The translations under genes were made by a program, and so were the position numbers. Below are positions 18,632 through 27,563 of a stretch of DNA of 64,000 nucleotides, one piece after another (the first letter of the stretch is position 1; each line of letters starts with the position of its first letter). The DNA comes from an uncultured delta proteobacterium (GTDB taxonomy: Bacteria; Desulfobacterota; Binatia; Binatales; Binataceae): contig CAWEEQ010000001.1 of NCBI GenBank assembly GCA_963808235.1, positions 128,001 through 192,000 of the forward strand, in the 5' to 3' direction. The notes under the pieces are model-generated. The model saw nothing but the letters and a program-made list of their open reading frames with translations. It was not told the DNA's origin and did no database searches.

Positions 18632-20361
18632 CGCTCCATAACTCAGGTTCCAGGAGTACGAGTTTCATCGACGCCCTGATAACCGGAAGATGCGATTGGT
18701 CGCTCATCACGCCGTTTCCTTCTCAGCCCAGGGAAGACAAAGCGATCGGTGATCAATTTCTTCGTCGGTTTGAATCCGACTTGCGCAGCACGATCGATCC
18801 AAACGCCGGCACCGACGATGAGAAAATCGCGCTTTCGTCAATCGCGGCATTAGCCGACAAAGGCTACCTCGGATTGCGCATACCATTGGAATATGGCGGC
18901 GCTGGCCTGTCTGAGCACAACTACTTCAGGGCGCTGAGCCTCGCGGGAACCTGGTGTTTGTCGACTACCTGCACGCTGCTTGCGCATTCGAGCATCGGAC
19001 TGACCGGACCGCTACTGCTGTTTGGCAGCGAAGAGCAAAAGCGCAAGTTTCTTCCGCTACTGGCGCGCGGCGCACTGTCGGGGTTTGCCTTGACCGAGCC
19101 TGACGCCGGGAACGACTACAGCCGGACCAGGAGCGTGCTTGTGCCGGTTGATGGAGGATACCTTCTGAGCGGCGAGAAGCTCTTCATTACCAACGCACCC
19201 ATAGCCCAGTTTCTCTGCGTATTTGCCAGGTTGGGCAATGCCGTTGATCAATATGCGTTGGTGATCGTGGAGACTGATCGGCCTGGCTTTTCCGTAGTCG
19301 AGCAATGCTCCTTCCTTGGATTGCCCGGCATTCACAACGGCCTCGTCAGATTCGATAACGTGAGAATTCCTCGCGATGCCGTTATCGGCGAGCTAGGACA
19401 CGGGTTCGAGCATCTTCTCGATGCGGCGACCGGCGGCTGGATGACGCTTGCTTCGGTTTCTTCAGGAGTATCGCGCCATTGCTTACGGATATTGCGCGAT
19501 TGGGCCAATCGCCGTGTTCAGTGGGGTAGTCCAATCGGAAAGCATGAGGCGATCCAGAGGATCCTCTCCAAGGCAGCCGCTCACGTTTATGCGATCGATA
19601 ACCTCTCGAGTCTGACCGTGGCTGCCGCTGGAACTATATCTCCCGGGTTCAGAACCCTTGCCCGCATAGCCAAGTACTTCGGCCAGGAACAATGCTGGCT
19701 AATCGTCGACGATTCCTTGCAGGTCTGCGGGGCGCGTGGCTACGAGACGCTGCGCTCGGCCCGCAAGCGCGTAAATGCATGTGCGTCCGACGAGGTGCAG
19801 CATGAAGAGCTGCTGGCGCCTATCGAGAAGGTCTTCCGGGACTTCCGTCTCTTCAGACTCGCCGAGGGATCGAGCCAGACCCTCCCGCTCATGATGTCGC
19901 TCGACCTCTTGTCAGCTACCGCCGCGGAACCGTGTGGCGTTCCGTCGGTAGATCCGACGGTGATCCGCAGAAATCTGCCTCTGCTTAGTGACGAAAATCT
20001 GCGACACGCCGCCTTCGTTGGTACATCCGCCGCGCGACTCGCTCATGAAGTCCGCGCCAGTCTCAACAAATACGGTGCGGAGCTGCAGGCCGAACAGGAA
20101 GTCCTGATTGCCCAAGGCGACATTCTGACCGATCTGGTCGCGATGAGCGCGAGCCTCTCGCATGCGGGCTCCGAACATTCGGATGAACATGTGACAGAGG
20201 CAGAGCAGGAACTCACCGATCGGTTCTGTCTATACGCCGAGCATCGCATAAATCGGAACTTCGATCGAATTCGCAACCATGAGGTGGGAGCATATTCCCC
20301 CATAAGCGAACGCCTTTTGAGTGGCGGACTGGATTGGATGATGCGCGACATCGTCAGTTGA
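18628..20361 (+). CDS. Long acyl-CoA/ACP dehydrogenase, probable lipid-tail desaturase
   Basis: LAHSSIG, FALTEPDAG, LSGEKLFITN, RVQWG.PIGKHE, FRDFRLFRLAEG; ATGA coupling to the upstream gene. Confidence 0.85.
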   Translation: MTLHNSGSRSTSFIDALITGRCDWSLITPFPSQPREDKAIGDQFLRRFESDLRSTIDPNAGTDDEKIALSSIAALADKGYLGLRIPLEYGGAGLSEHNYFRALSLAGTWCLSTTCTLLAHSSIGLTGPLLLFGSEEQKRKFLPLLARGALSGFALTEPDAGNDYSRTRSVLVPVDGGYLLSGEKLFITNAPIAQFLCVFARLGNAVDQYALVIVETDRPGFSVVEQCSFLGLPGIHNGLVRFDNVRIPRDAVIGELGHGFEHLLDAATGGWMTLASVSSGVSRHCLRILRDWANRRVQWGSPIGKHEAIQRILSKAAAHVYAIDNLSSLTVAAAGTISPGFRTLARIAKYFGQEQCWLIVDDSLQVCGARGYETLRSARKRVNACASDEVQHEELLAPIEKVFRDFRLFRLAEGSSQTLPLMMSLDLLSATAAEPCGVPSVDPTVIRRNLPLLSDENLRHAAFVGTSAARLAHEVRASLNKYGAELQAEQEVLIAQGDILTDLVAMSASLSHAGSEHSDEHVTEAEQELTDRFCLYAEHRINRNFDRIRNHEVGAYSPISERLLSGGLDWMMRDIVS

Positions 20362-20547
20362 ACGGGGAATTTCCGCATCAGGGTGCAAAAATACCTGCAA
20401 CTCCAATCGAATTTGAAATTGTGATCTAAACCCAACATCTGGCATGCAGAAATCAAAGCGACGATCCTATCAATTAAACAAACCGGATAGATGGTTGATA
20501 ACCATATGTCCGGTTGCTAAAATTAGTCCTAATAGAGGAGCACTCCC

Positions 20548-21297
20548 ATGATTTCCAATGCAGTAGAATTCGAGCGAGTTTTGCGGACCTATCGGCGCGG
20601 CGAGTTTGAGGTCATAGCGATCAATGAAGTCTCGCTGGTGATTCCTCAGGGTAAATTCGTTGCGATAATGGGTCCGTCGGGCTCCGGCAAAACGTCGATT
20701 CTGAACCTCATCGCCGGAATTGATCAGCCCACTTCCGGGCGTGTCATGGTCTCTGGCAGCGACCTCGGCGCACTGAGCGAGCGTGAGCTTGCACGCTGGC
20801 GGGCGCACAACGTCGGTCTGATTTTCCAGTTCTACAATCTGATTCCGGTACTGACTGCCGGAGAAAATGTAGAGCTGCCGTTGCTTCTTACCGAACTTCC
20901 AAAGTCCGAGCGGCACTCTCACGTCGAGGCTGCGCTGAGGGTCGCGGGGCTCGCCGATCGCATCGATCACTACCCCAGCCAGCTTTCAGGCGGTCAGGAA
21001 CAACGCGTAGCGATAGCGCGCGCACTGATTACGGACGGCGCGATCATCGTCGCAGACGAGCCTACCGGAGACCTCGACGCCAACTCGGCCCACGAGATCC
21101 TCACATTGATGCGTGAGCTGAGCCGTCGTCACAACAAGACCGTAATCATGGTGACACATGACCCACGCGCAGAGCGCTACGTCGACACGGTGTTCCGGAT
21201 GGACAAAGGCGTGCTGGTCAGCATCGAAGATATGGCGCGAGGGCCGCAACCTCGCCCCGAATCGACGGTCGAACTCGCGCACGTCGGCCTTGGCTAG
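20548..21297 (+). CDS. ABC transporter ATP-binding protein (MacB/LolD type)
   Basis: GPSGSGKT, LSGGQEQRVA, ADEPTG, MVTHD. Confidence 0.93.
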   Translation: MISNAVEFERVLRTYRRGEFEVIAINEVSLVIPQGKFVAIMGPSGSGKTSILNLIAGIDQPTSGRVMVSGSDLGALSERELARWRAHNVGLIFQFYNLIPVLTAGENVELPLLLTELPKSERHSHVEAALRVAGLADRIDHYPSQLSGGQEQRVAIARALITDGAIIVADEPTGDLDANSAHEILTLMRELSRRHNKTVIMVTHDPRAERYVDTVFRMDKGVLVSIEDMARGPQPRPESTVELAHVGLG

Positions 21298-21331
21298 GAT
21301 GCGGACGATCTGAATACCGGAGGCAATCTCT

Positions 21332-22471
21332 ATGGATACCCTGTGGTTGATTTTGAAAAACCTCAGACGAAACCGGCGCCGCACGATACTGACGTTGGTT
21401 TCAATCGCGATGTCGTTGTTCATTTTTTCCGCATTGGTGAGTCTGCCGGGAGCAGCGCGCGAGATGCTTGGCGCGACCGCATCATCGCTTCGCGTGACGA
21501 CTCACAGCAACGTCGGCCTGACATATCCGCTTCCCGAGGCGCTCGGACGCAAAATTGCGGCATTGCGACATGTGCAGGCGGTCGCTGCAGTAACCTGGTT
21601 TGGAGGAATATATGATCAGCCCTCCAACCAGTTTCCGAACTTCGCCGTGGATCACGAACAGTTCGGCAAGATTTGGCCGGACTGGGGCGCATCGCGCCAA
21701 TCGCTCTCTGAATTCCAGAAGAATCGCATCGCGTGCCTGGTGGGACCTTCCACGATGCGGCGTTTCCGCTGGCACGTCGGACAGCAAATCATCCTACGCG
21801 GCGTGTTCGTTCCGGCCACGATCACCCTTCAAATCGCGGGAGAGCTTGGTGAGAAGGCGGCTGATTTTCTGATTTTTCGTCGTGACTATCTACAAGAAGT
21901 CCTCGGCCAGCCGCTGTGGGTCAATAACTTCTGGCTCCACGTCGATCGCCCCGAGTCGATTCCGCGGGTGATTGCGGAAGTTGACGAAACGTTTCGCAAT
22001 TCCGAGAATGAAACTCGCAGCGAATCGGAGGCGAGCTTCCTGGGGGGGATCTTTGGCAGCTATCGATCGCTGTTTGCAATCGCCGAGGTTCTCGGCCTGA
22101 TCGTGATCGCTGCGATCGTCCTGGTCGCCGCCAACACCGCCGCCATGTCGATTCGGGAGCGACGGGTCGAGGTCGCAGTGTTGCGCTCTCTCGGCTTCAC
22201 CTCAGACACGGTATTTGTCCTTTTGATCGGCGAGTCGATACTGCTGGGCGCGGCAGGAGGTCTGCTCGGATGCCTTGCATGCTATGGCGTCTTCAAGCTG
22301 ATGGCGGTTGGCGCAGCGGCGCTGGGTCCTATGGCCGTGATCAAAATGCCGCCCTGGGTGCTTGGCCAAAGTCTCACAGTGGCGGTTCTGATTGGCTTGT
22401 TCAGCGCACTGGTTCCGGCCTTCAATGCGTCGCGGCGCAATATCGTAACTGCTTTGCGCGAGGTGGGGTAA
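21332..22471 (+). CDS. ABC transporter permease (MacB/FtsX family)
   Basis: KNLRRNRRRTILT N-terminus, ANTAAMSIRERRVEVAVLRSLGF, C-terminal TM helices. Confidence 0.88.
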   Translation: MDTLWLILKNLRRNRRRTILTLVSIAMSLFIFSALVSLPGAAREMLGATASSLRVTTHSNVGLTYPLPEALGRKIAALRHVQAVAAVTWFGGIYDQPSNQFPNFAVDHEQFGKIWPDWGASRQSLSEFQKNRIACLVGPSTMRRFRWHVGQQIILRGVFVPATITLQIAGELGEKAADFLIFRRDYLQEVLGQPLWVNNFWLHVDRPESIPRVIAEVDETFRNSENETRSESEASFLGGIFGSYRSLFAIAEVLGLIVIAAIVLVAANTAAMSIRERRVEVAVLRSLGFTSDTVFVLLIGESILLGAAGGLLGCLACYGVFKLMAVGAAALGPMAVIKMPPWVLGQSLTVAVLIGLFSALVPAFNASRRNIVTALREVG

Positions 22472-22473
22472 TC

Positions 22474-23637
22474 ATGGCAATTCCAATCCGATACAACATT
22501 CGCAATCTGATGGCGCGGCGCACGTCGACAATCATGACGCTGGGCGGAATCGGGCTGGTGGTCGGAATCTTCACGCTGATGATGGCGATGGTTTCCGGTC
22601 TGCGCAAGGCGATCGTCAGCACTGCCTCGCCTGACAACCTGGTCGTGGTCCGCAAGGGATCGACTACTGAAACGAATTCCACGATCTCGGTCGAACAATT
22701 CAACGCTATGCGTTTTCTGAGAGGGGTACGCCACAACGCTACAGGCGAGCCTCTGGCCTCACCGGAACTAACGATGCAGGTCTTCTTGCAGCGCGTCGGC
22801 GGCGGCAGCGACAACATAGTCGCGCGCGGCGTTCTGCCAATCGCGATGGAAGTTCACGAGGGGATAAAGCTGGTCGCGGGACGCATGTTTCGGCCGGGTC
22901 TCAAGGAGGTCGTCGTCGGCTCGAATCTGCCCGGTCGTTACCAGAACTGCAAATTAGGTTCGACCCTGCGCTTCGGCAGAGATCAATGGAAAGTCGTTGG
23001 CGTATTCGCGGCGCGCGGCAGCTCCTTTGAATCCGAAATATGGTCCGACCTTCATGAACTGATCGCCGACAGCCGGCGGGGCGATTACTATTCCTCGGTC
23101 CGACTGCGTGGCGCGGGCGGCCCCGAACGAGCCGAGCTGATCAGCCGCATCGAGCGCGATCCGAGGATCAGCCTCCACGCCGAAACCGAAACCGACTACT
23201 ACGCTGAGCAATCGGTCGCCGCAAATCAGCTTGCCACGATCGGTCTGATGCTGGCTTTGGTAATGGCGATCGGTGCGGTGTCTGGAGCGATGAACACGAT
23301 GTACGCCGCAGTTGCCGCGCGGGTGCCCGAGATAGGAACGTTGCGCGCGCTGGGCTTTAGCTCGGCGAGCGTGCTGTGCTCATTCCTGTTCGAGTCGATG
23401 CTCCTGGCACTGGCCGGCGGCGTAGTAGGCGTTCTGCTGGCGCTACCGATTAACGGGTTTACCTCAAACTTCACCAATTTTTTCAGTTACTCTACTCTGA
23501 GTTTCAAATTTCAGGTCACGCCGCAGATAGTGCTGGAGGCTATTTTGTTTGCCGCCGTTATGGGCACTCTCGGCGGTCTGCTACCGGCTCGCCAGGCGAT
23601 TCGCAAGCGTCTGATTGAATCGCTCAGGAGAATCTAA
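22474..23637 (+). CDS. ABC transporter permease (MacB/FtsX family)
   Basis: YNIRNLMARR, MNTMYAAVAARVPEIGTLRALGF. Confidence 0.88.
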   Translation: MAIPIRYNIRNLMARRTSTIMTLGGIGLVVGIFTLMMAMVSGLRKAIVSTASPDNLVVVRKGSTTETNSTISVEQFNAMRFLRGVRHNATGEPLASPELTMQVFLQRVGGGSDNIVARGVLPIAMEVHEGIKLVAGRMFRPGLKEVVVGSNLPGRYQNCKLGSTLRFGRDQWKVVGVFAARGSSFESEIWSDLHELIADSRRGDYYSSVRLRGAGGPERAELISRIERDPRISLHAETETDYYAEQSVAANQLATIGLMLALVMAIGAVSGAMNTMYAAVAARVPEIGTLRALGFSSASVLCSFLFESMLLALAGGVVGVLLALPINGFTSNFTNFFSYSTLSFKFQVTPQIVLEAILFAAVMGTLGGLLPARQAIRKRLIESLRRI

Positions 23638-23639
23638 CC

Positions 23640-24869
23640 ATGTCCAGCACACCAGCGATTGAAGCTCGAATAGAAGACCTGAGCCATCTGAGCATCGTCC
23701 GCTCCAAGGCCAGAATTTCCGAGCCGAGGCGCTTTCCACGTAGACTCATATTGGCTGGTGCGCTAGCGGCGGGCAGCGCGGTCCTCTGGTTTGGGGCCGG
23801 TAAGGTGACCGCCGCAAGACCGGTGACCGTTCAGACTGCGCCGGCAGAAGAACTCAGGTCGGATAGTGCCAGCGCGGTGCTCAGCGGTTCGGGATACGTC
23901 GTGACGGATCACAGCTACGTCACCGTCGGAACTTTGATCAGCGGTCAAATAGTCGCAGAGCCAATCGAAGAAGGTCAGCACGTTAAAAGAGGCGACCTGA
24001 TCGCGCAAATTGGCGATTCCGATTACCGCGCCCATCTTGGCGAAGCCAATGCCGATTACGCTCGCGCAGTCGCAGAATCTGCGTTGGCTGATCAGCGCGC
24101 AGAGCGGATGAAGCAGCTCTATAGCGAGGGCGTGACGTCGCGCGATGAATACGATTCGCTAATGAGTTCTCAGCGCGTATCGCACGCGGCGCTTGCGCGA
24201 GCCAAAGCTACGGTCGCCTACGCGGCATCGCAGGTCAGGCAGTGCGCGATACGCTCGCCTCTGAACGGGGTTGTGTTGCGGAAATTCCGCGACCAGGGAA
24301 GTACAATCAACTATAGCGTCGAACTGCAGAGCGAAGGCGGATCAACCGACATCGCGATGCTGGCGGACACCGACAATTTGCGCGTAGAGCTCGACGTGAG
24401 CGAATCCGACATCTCGAAAGTGCATGTGGGTATGCCCGCCAGCATCAGCTTGGACGCTTACCCGGACCGTAGCTTCGAAGCGAAGGTTGTCAAGATCTAT
24501 CCCGAAGCAAACCGGCAGAAAGGAAGCATCAAGGTCGAAGTCCTGCTGTTGCATCCCGACCCCACACTCATCCGCCCTGAGATGAGCGCCAAGGTCAACT
24601 TTCTCGACAAACCCGCCCACACCGGCAGCGACGCGCCCATCGTCACCGTGCCGAAGGCTGCGTTGTTCAAATCTGCGGATGGGGCGCCCTTCGTATGGAT
24701 CGTGAATGATGGCCGTGCGGAAAAGACTCCCGTCGAGACAGGACGCCAGGTCGCCGACAACGTACAGATTCAACACGGGCTTAGCGGTTCAGAAACGGTT
24801 GTCGTCGAGCCAGGGGCGAAACTGGTTGATGGTCAGGCTGTCATCGAAAAAAGCGATACTGGCCAGTGA
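23640..24869 (+). CDS. Efflux periplasmic adaptor (MacA/HlyD-type membrane fusion protein)
   Basis: N-terminal anchor, GQHVKRGDLIAQI, coiled coil, IRSPLNGVV, LIRPEMSA. Confidence 0.88.
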   Translation: MSSTPAIEARIEDLSHLSIVRSKARISEPRRFPRRLILAGALAAGSAVLWFGAGKVTAARPVTVQTAPAEELRSDSASAVLSGSGYVVTDHSYVTVGTLISGQIVAEPIEEGQHVKRGDLIAQIGDSDYRAHLGEANADYARAVAESALADQRAERMKQLYSEGVTSRDEYDSLMSSQRVSHAALARAKATVAYAASQVRQCAIRSPLNGVVLRKFRDQGSTINYSVELQSEGGSTDIAMLADTDNLRVELDVSESDISKVHVGMPASISLDAYPDRSFEAKVVKIYPEANRQKGSIKVEVLLLHPDPTLIRPEMSAKVNFLDKPAHTGSDAPIVTVPKAALFKSADGAPFVWIVNDGRAEKTPVETGRQVADNVQIQHGLSGSETVVVEPGAKLVDGQAVIEKSDTGQ

Positions 24870-24884
24870 TGCGACTGCGAGCGG

Positions 24885-25664
24885 GTGAACGGCATGGGCG
24901 GCCACTGGAAAATCAGTCCAGGAGAAGTTCATCTTTGGGTCGCGGAGACGAATGCTTTCAGCGATCCCGCGCTGCTCCACGCCTGCGCCCCGCTGCTCGA
25001 TGACGATGAACTTGAAACACTGGGCAAACTTCGTGTTCAGAGCAAGCGTAACGAATTCCTCACAGCGCATGCGCTCTTACGTACAACTCTTTCTCACTAC
25101 TCGAATGTAGATCCGCACGACTGGCGCTTTCGTCGCCGCAAATACGGTAAGCCCGAGGTCTCGGCGCCGCCCGTGACCTCGCCGCCACGCTTCAATCTGT
25201 CGCATGCTGACGGGCTGGCAGTCTGTGCAATTGCGTGTGGCCCGGTGGGTGTAGATGTCGAGCAAATTAGTTCCTCTATTCCTGCGGCGGAAATCGCGGA
25301 GCGGTTTTTCACGCCAGAAGAAGCGAAGTCACTAGTTCAACTTGCTGCAGAAGACGCGCTCCAACGATTTTTCGAACTTTGGACTCTCAAGGAAGCGTTT
25401 TCCAAAGCGCTCGGCTGCGGAATCACGATCGGGTTCGATCGATTCCGATTCATCGTTGAAGACGGATCCTACCCGAAGTTTCCTGCGATCCTTGACTGCC
25501 TCCGCCCGCAAGATCCAAGTTCCAAGTGGAATTTCGTCCTCCTGCGCCCGTTCCCATCGCACATCGTGGCACTCGCAACTCAGGGGATCAGTAAGGTGAC
25601 CGTACGTTTGGGTGGTGTGCAATCGACCCTCCGGCACGAACCTGAAGCTGGACAACACATTTGA
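24885..25664 (+). CDS. Sfp-type 4'-phosphopantetheinyl transferase
   Basis: YGKP, FNLSHA, VGVDVE, WTLKEAFSKALG. Confidence 0.92.
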   Translation: MNGMGGHWKISPGEVHLWVAETNAFSDPALLHACAPLLDDDELETLGKLRVQSKRNEFLTAHALLRTTLSHYSNVDPHDWRFRRRKYGKPEVSAPPVTSPPRFNLSHADGLAVCAIACGPVGVDVEQISSSIPAAEIAERFFTPEEAKSLVQLAAEDALQRFFELWTLKEAFSKALGCGITIGFDRFRFIVEDGSYPKFPAILDCLRPQDPSSKWNFVLLRPFPSHIVALATQGISKVTVRLGGVQSTLRHEPEAGQHI

Positions 25665-25686
25665 TACGTCGAAGAGAGATAGTTCG

Positions 25687-26637
25687 ATGAAATCCAATTC
25701 AGCGCCAGGCTTGGCAGGTCTGCTCGGCGAAACTCGTATGTTCGGCGAGGTTGCATCGTTCGCTCTCTACGGTCTCTTCCACCGGGCGCGTCCAAACGAG
25801 CGTCGTCAGGGGCGGGGAATTTTGCTGATACCCGGTTTCGGTGCTGGAGATCTAAGTCTGAGCCTGCTCGGCCATAGACTCGGCGAGCTTGACTACAGAA
25901 TTTTTTTCAGCGGCATTTGGTGCAACGCGGATTACCCGGTTCATACGCTGCCGCGATTGGAAAACGTTCTGCGCGAGGCGAATCGGAGAACCCACGGAAG
26001 GATCGTCATCGTAGGCCACAGCCTCGGTGGTATCTACGCACGTGAGCTTGCCTGTCGGTTTCCCGATCTGGTTGAGCGAGCGATACTGCTGGGTTCTCCC
26101 GTGAAAGCACCACTCGAAGGCTCGAACACATTTCTGAGACCGCTCTTTGAATGGGTGCAAAGGCGATGGGTCGCTAAGTTTGCAGCGGCGTCTGGCCCGA
26201 CGGAAGTTGAGATGAGTCCTGTACCTCCGCGCGTTCCCGAGACACTCATTTACTCGAAGACTGATGGCGTAGTTCAATGGCAGCACTGCGTCGAATCAGG
26301 GCCGCGCGTGGAGGCGGTCGAGGTACCGTCCAGCCACTGTGGGCTTCCGTTCCATCCGGAGGTTTTCGAAATAATCGTCGAGCGGCTCGCGCGACGCTCT
26401 GGGCGCGGCCGTCTTGTCGCGGCCAATTCCGAACTTCCGAAACATCGCCCGTTCCACCGAGTTCGCACCGCTTCAAGGGTGGCGGAACATACTGGCGGCG
26501 GTGAAAGCCGGTCAGAACGAATTCATGGACGTGCTCGCCAAGATGAGACTCCTCGAGGAGTTCGGCCTCTACACCAGCGCAGTCCACGCGTCCGAGGAAA
26601 TAGAGATTCACGCCTTCATCCTGGGAATAGTATCTGA
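25687..26637 (+). CDS. Alpha/beta hydrolase (lipase/esterase-like); C-terminal ~75 aa probably read-through into an unrelated fragment
   Basis: LLIPGFG, VGHSLGG, LGSP, IYSKTDGVV, SHCGL. Confidence 0.78.
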   Translation: MKSNSAPGLAGLLGETRMFGEVASFALYGLFHRARPNERRQGRGILLIPGFGAGDLSLSLLGHRLGELDYRIFFSGIWCNADYPVHTLPRLENVLREANRRTHGRIVIVGHSLGGIYARELACRFPDLVERAILLGSPVKAPLEGSNTFLRPLFEWVQRRWVAKFAAASGPTEVEMSPVPPRVPETLIYSKTDGVVQWQHCVESGPRVEAVEVPSSHCGLPFHPEVFEIIVERLARRSGRGRLVAANSELPKHRPFHRVRTASRVAEHTGGGESRSERIHGRARQDETPRGVRPLHQRSPRVRGNRDSRLHPGNSI

Positions 26638-26718
26638 TGATAGGTGGGAAGAGATTCAGACGAAGTCGTTCCTAACCTACGCCTCACACTGGATAGACGA
26701 CTTCTTCGACAGTCCGGC
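26414..26718 (+). pseudogene. Fragment of an unknown gene containing HWIDDFFD (DDxxD), cut at the tRNA-Ser att-flanking sequence
   Basis: Protein-like reading frame overlapping the hydrolase tail that turns into att/tRNA-derived sequence after DDFFDSP. Confidence 0.3.
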
Positions 26719-26766
26719 GCCGTGTTTTCGAGTTTCCCGCAGAGAACGTGAAAATCGCGGACTGCT

Positions 26767-26805
26767 TGGCGGAGAGGGGGGGATTCGAACCCCCGAGACC
26801 CTTTC
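26767..26805 (-). repeat. att-like direct repeat: exact 39-bp copy of the tRNA-Ser(GGA) 3' end
   Basis: TGGCGGAGAGGGGGGGATTCGAACCCCCGAGACCCTTTC is identical to 33461-33499. Confidence 0.93.
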
Positions 26806-27334
26806 CCGCAGATCGGCCAAATTCATCGGCCAAAGTGGCTGGGTATTTCGCCCAGAAACCAGCAACGCTGCTGGAGAGAAGATCATCGGCGTGTCTTCGC
26901 CCTGGCTCAATATCTCCGGTGCCCAATCGGCGCGCCAGGAATCCATCTCGTGAACATTCCCTGAAGGGTCGCCCGAATTTGGGGAGTTCGAATCTGCCCC
27001 TCTCTGTGCTCAGCCAGCAATCATCAGAACTACGCCGTGACAGGCGTCCAGATCTGCTGTTGATGGCCCGACAGTAGCCCCGCGCTTCGCGCGCTGCTGG
27101 CGCGCCGAAATTCTGTCGTTGGGCTTCGTTCTGCCATTGGATGGTAAAACCTCTCTACCGAAGAAAGCTCGACGCAAGCCTTCCGGAGCGATCTGTTCGA
27201 GGCGAGATGCTAAGGTTAGAGTACGTGAGCCAGAATTCCACCGCCGACCAGACCGCGTCGAAAGCATTGGAAGCTGCGCTACCGCTCAACTCCGAGCTGT
27301 CAGATTAACTCCCGCTGAAATTCGGGGCGGATTC

Positions 27335-27362
27335 ATGTCCGCTTTCGGGCAGAAGCGGACAT
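27335..27362. repeat. Palindrome with a perfect 10-bp stem (REP-like or terminator)
   Basis: ATGTCCGCTT-tcgggcag-AAGCGGACAT. Confidence 0.6.
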
Positions 27363-27563
27363 TGCTGACACAACCTACTGGGCGCTACTTGCAGGCGACC
27401 GCGCAAGGCTATCCTTCAGTTCTTGTTCTGCCTTACTCGCGCATCGTCGATACGATGGCGGGAATACCCACAGTAATGAGGAAGCACGATCAGCGAAATC
27501 ATCCTAGCTACGATCGGGCCCTCTCGGCGCGCGCTCGCGGGGACGACAGCGCGCGCCGGTGCG

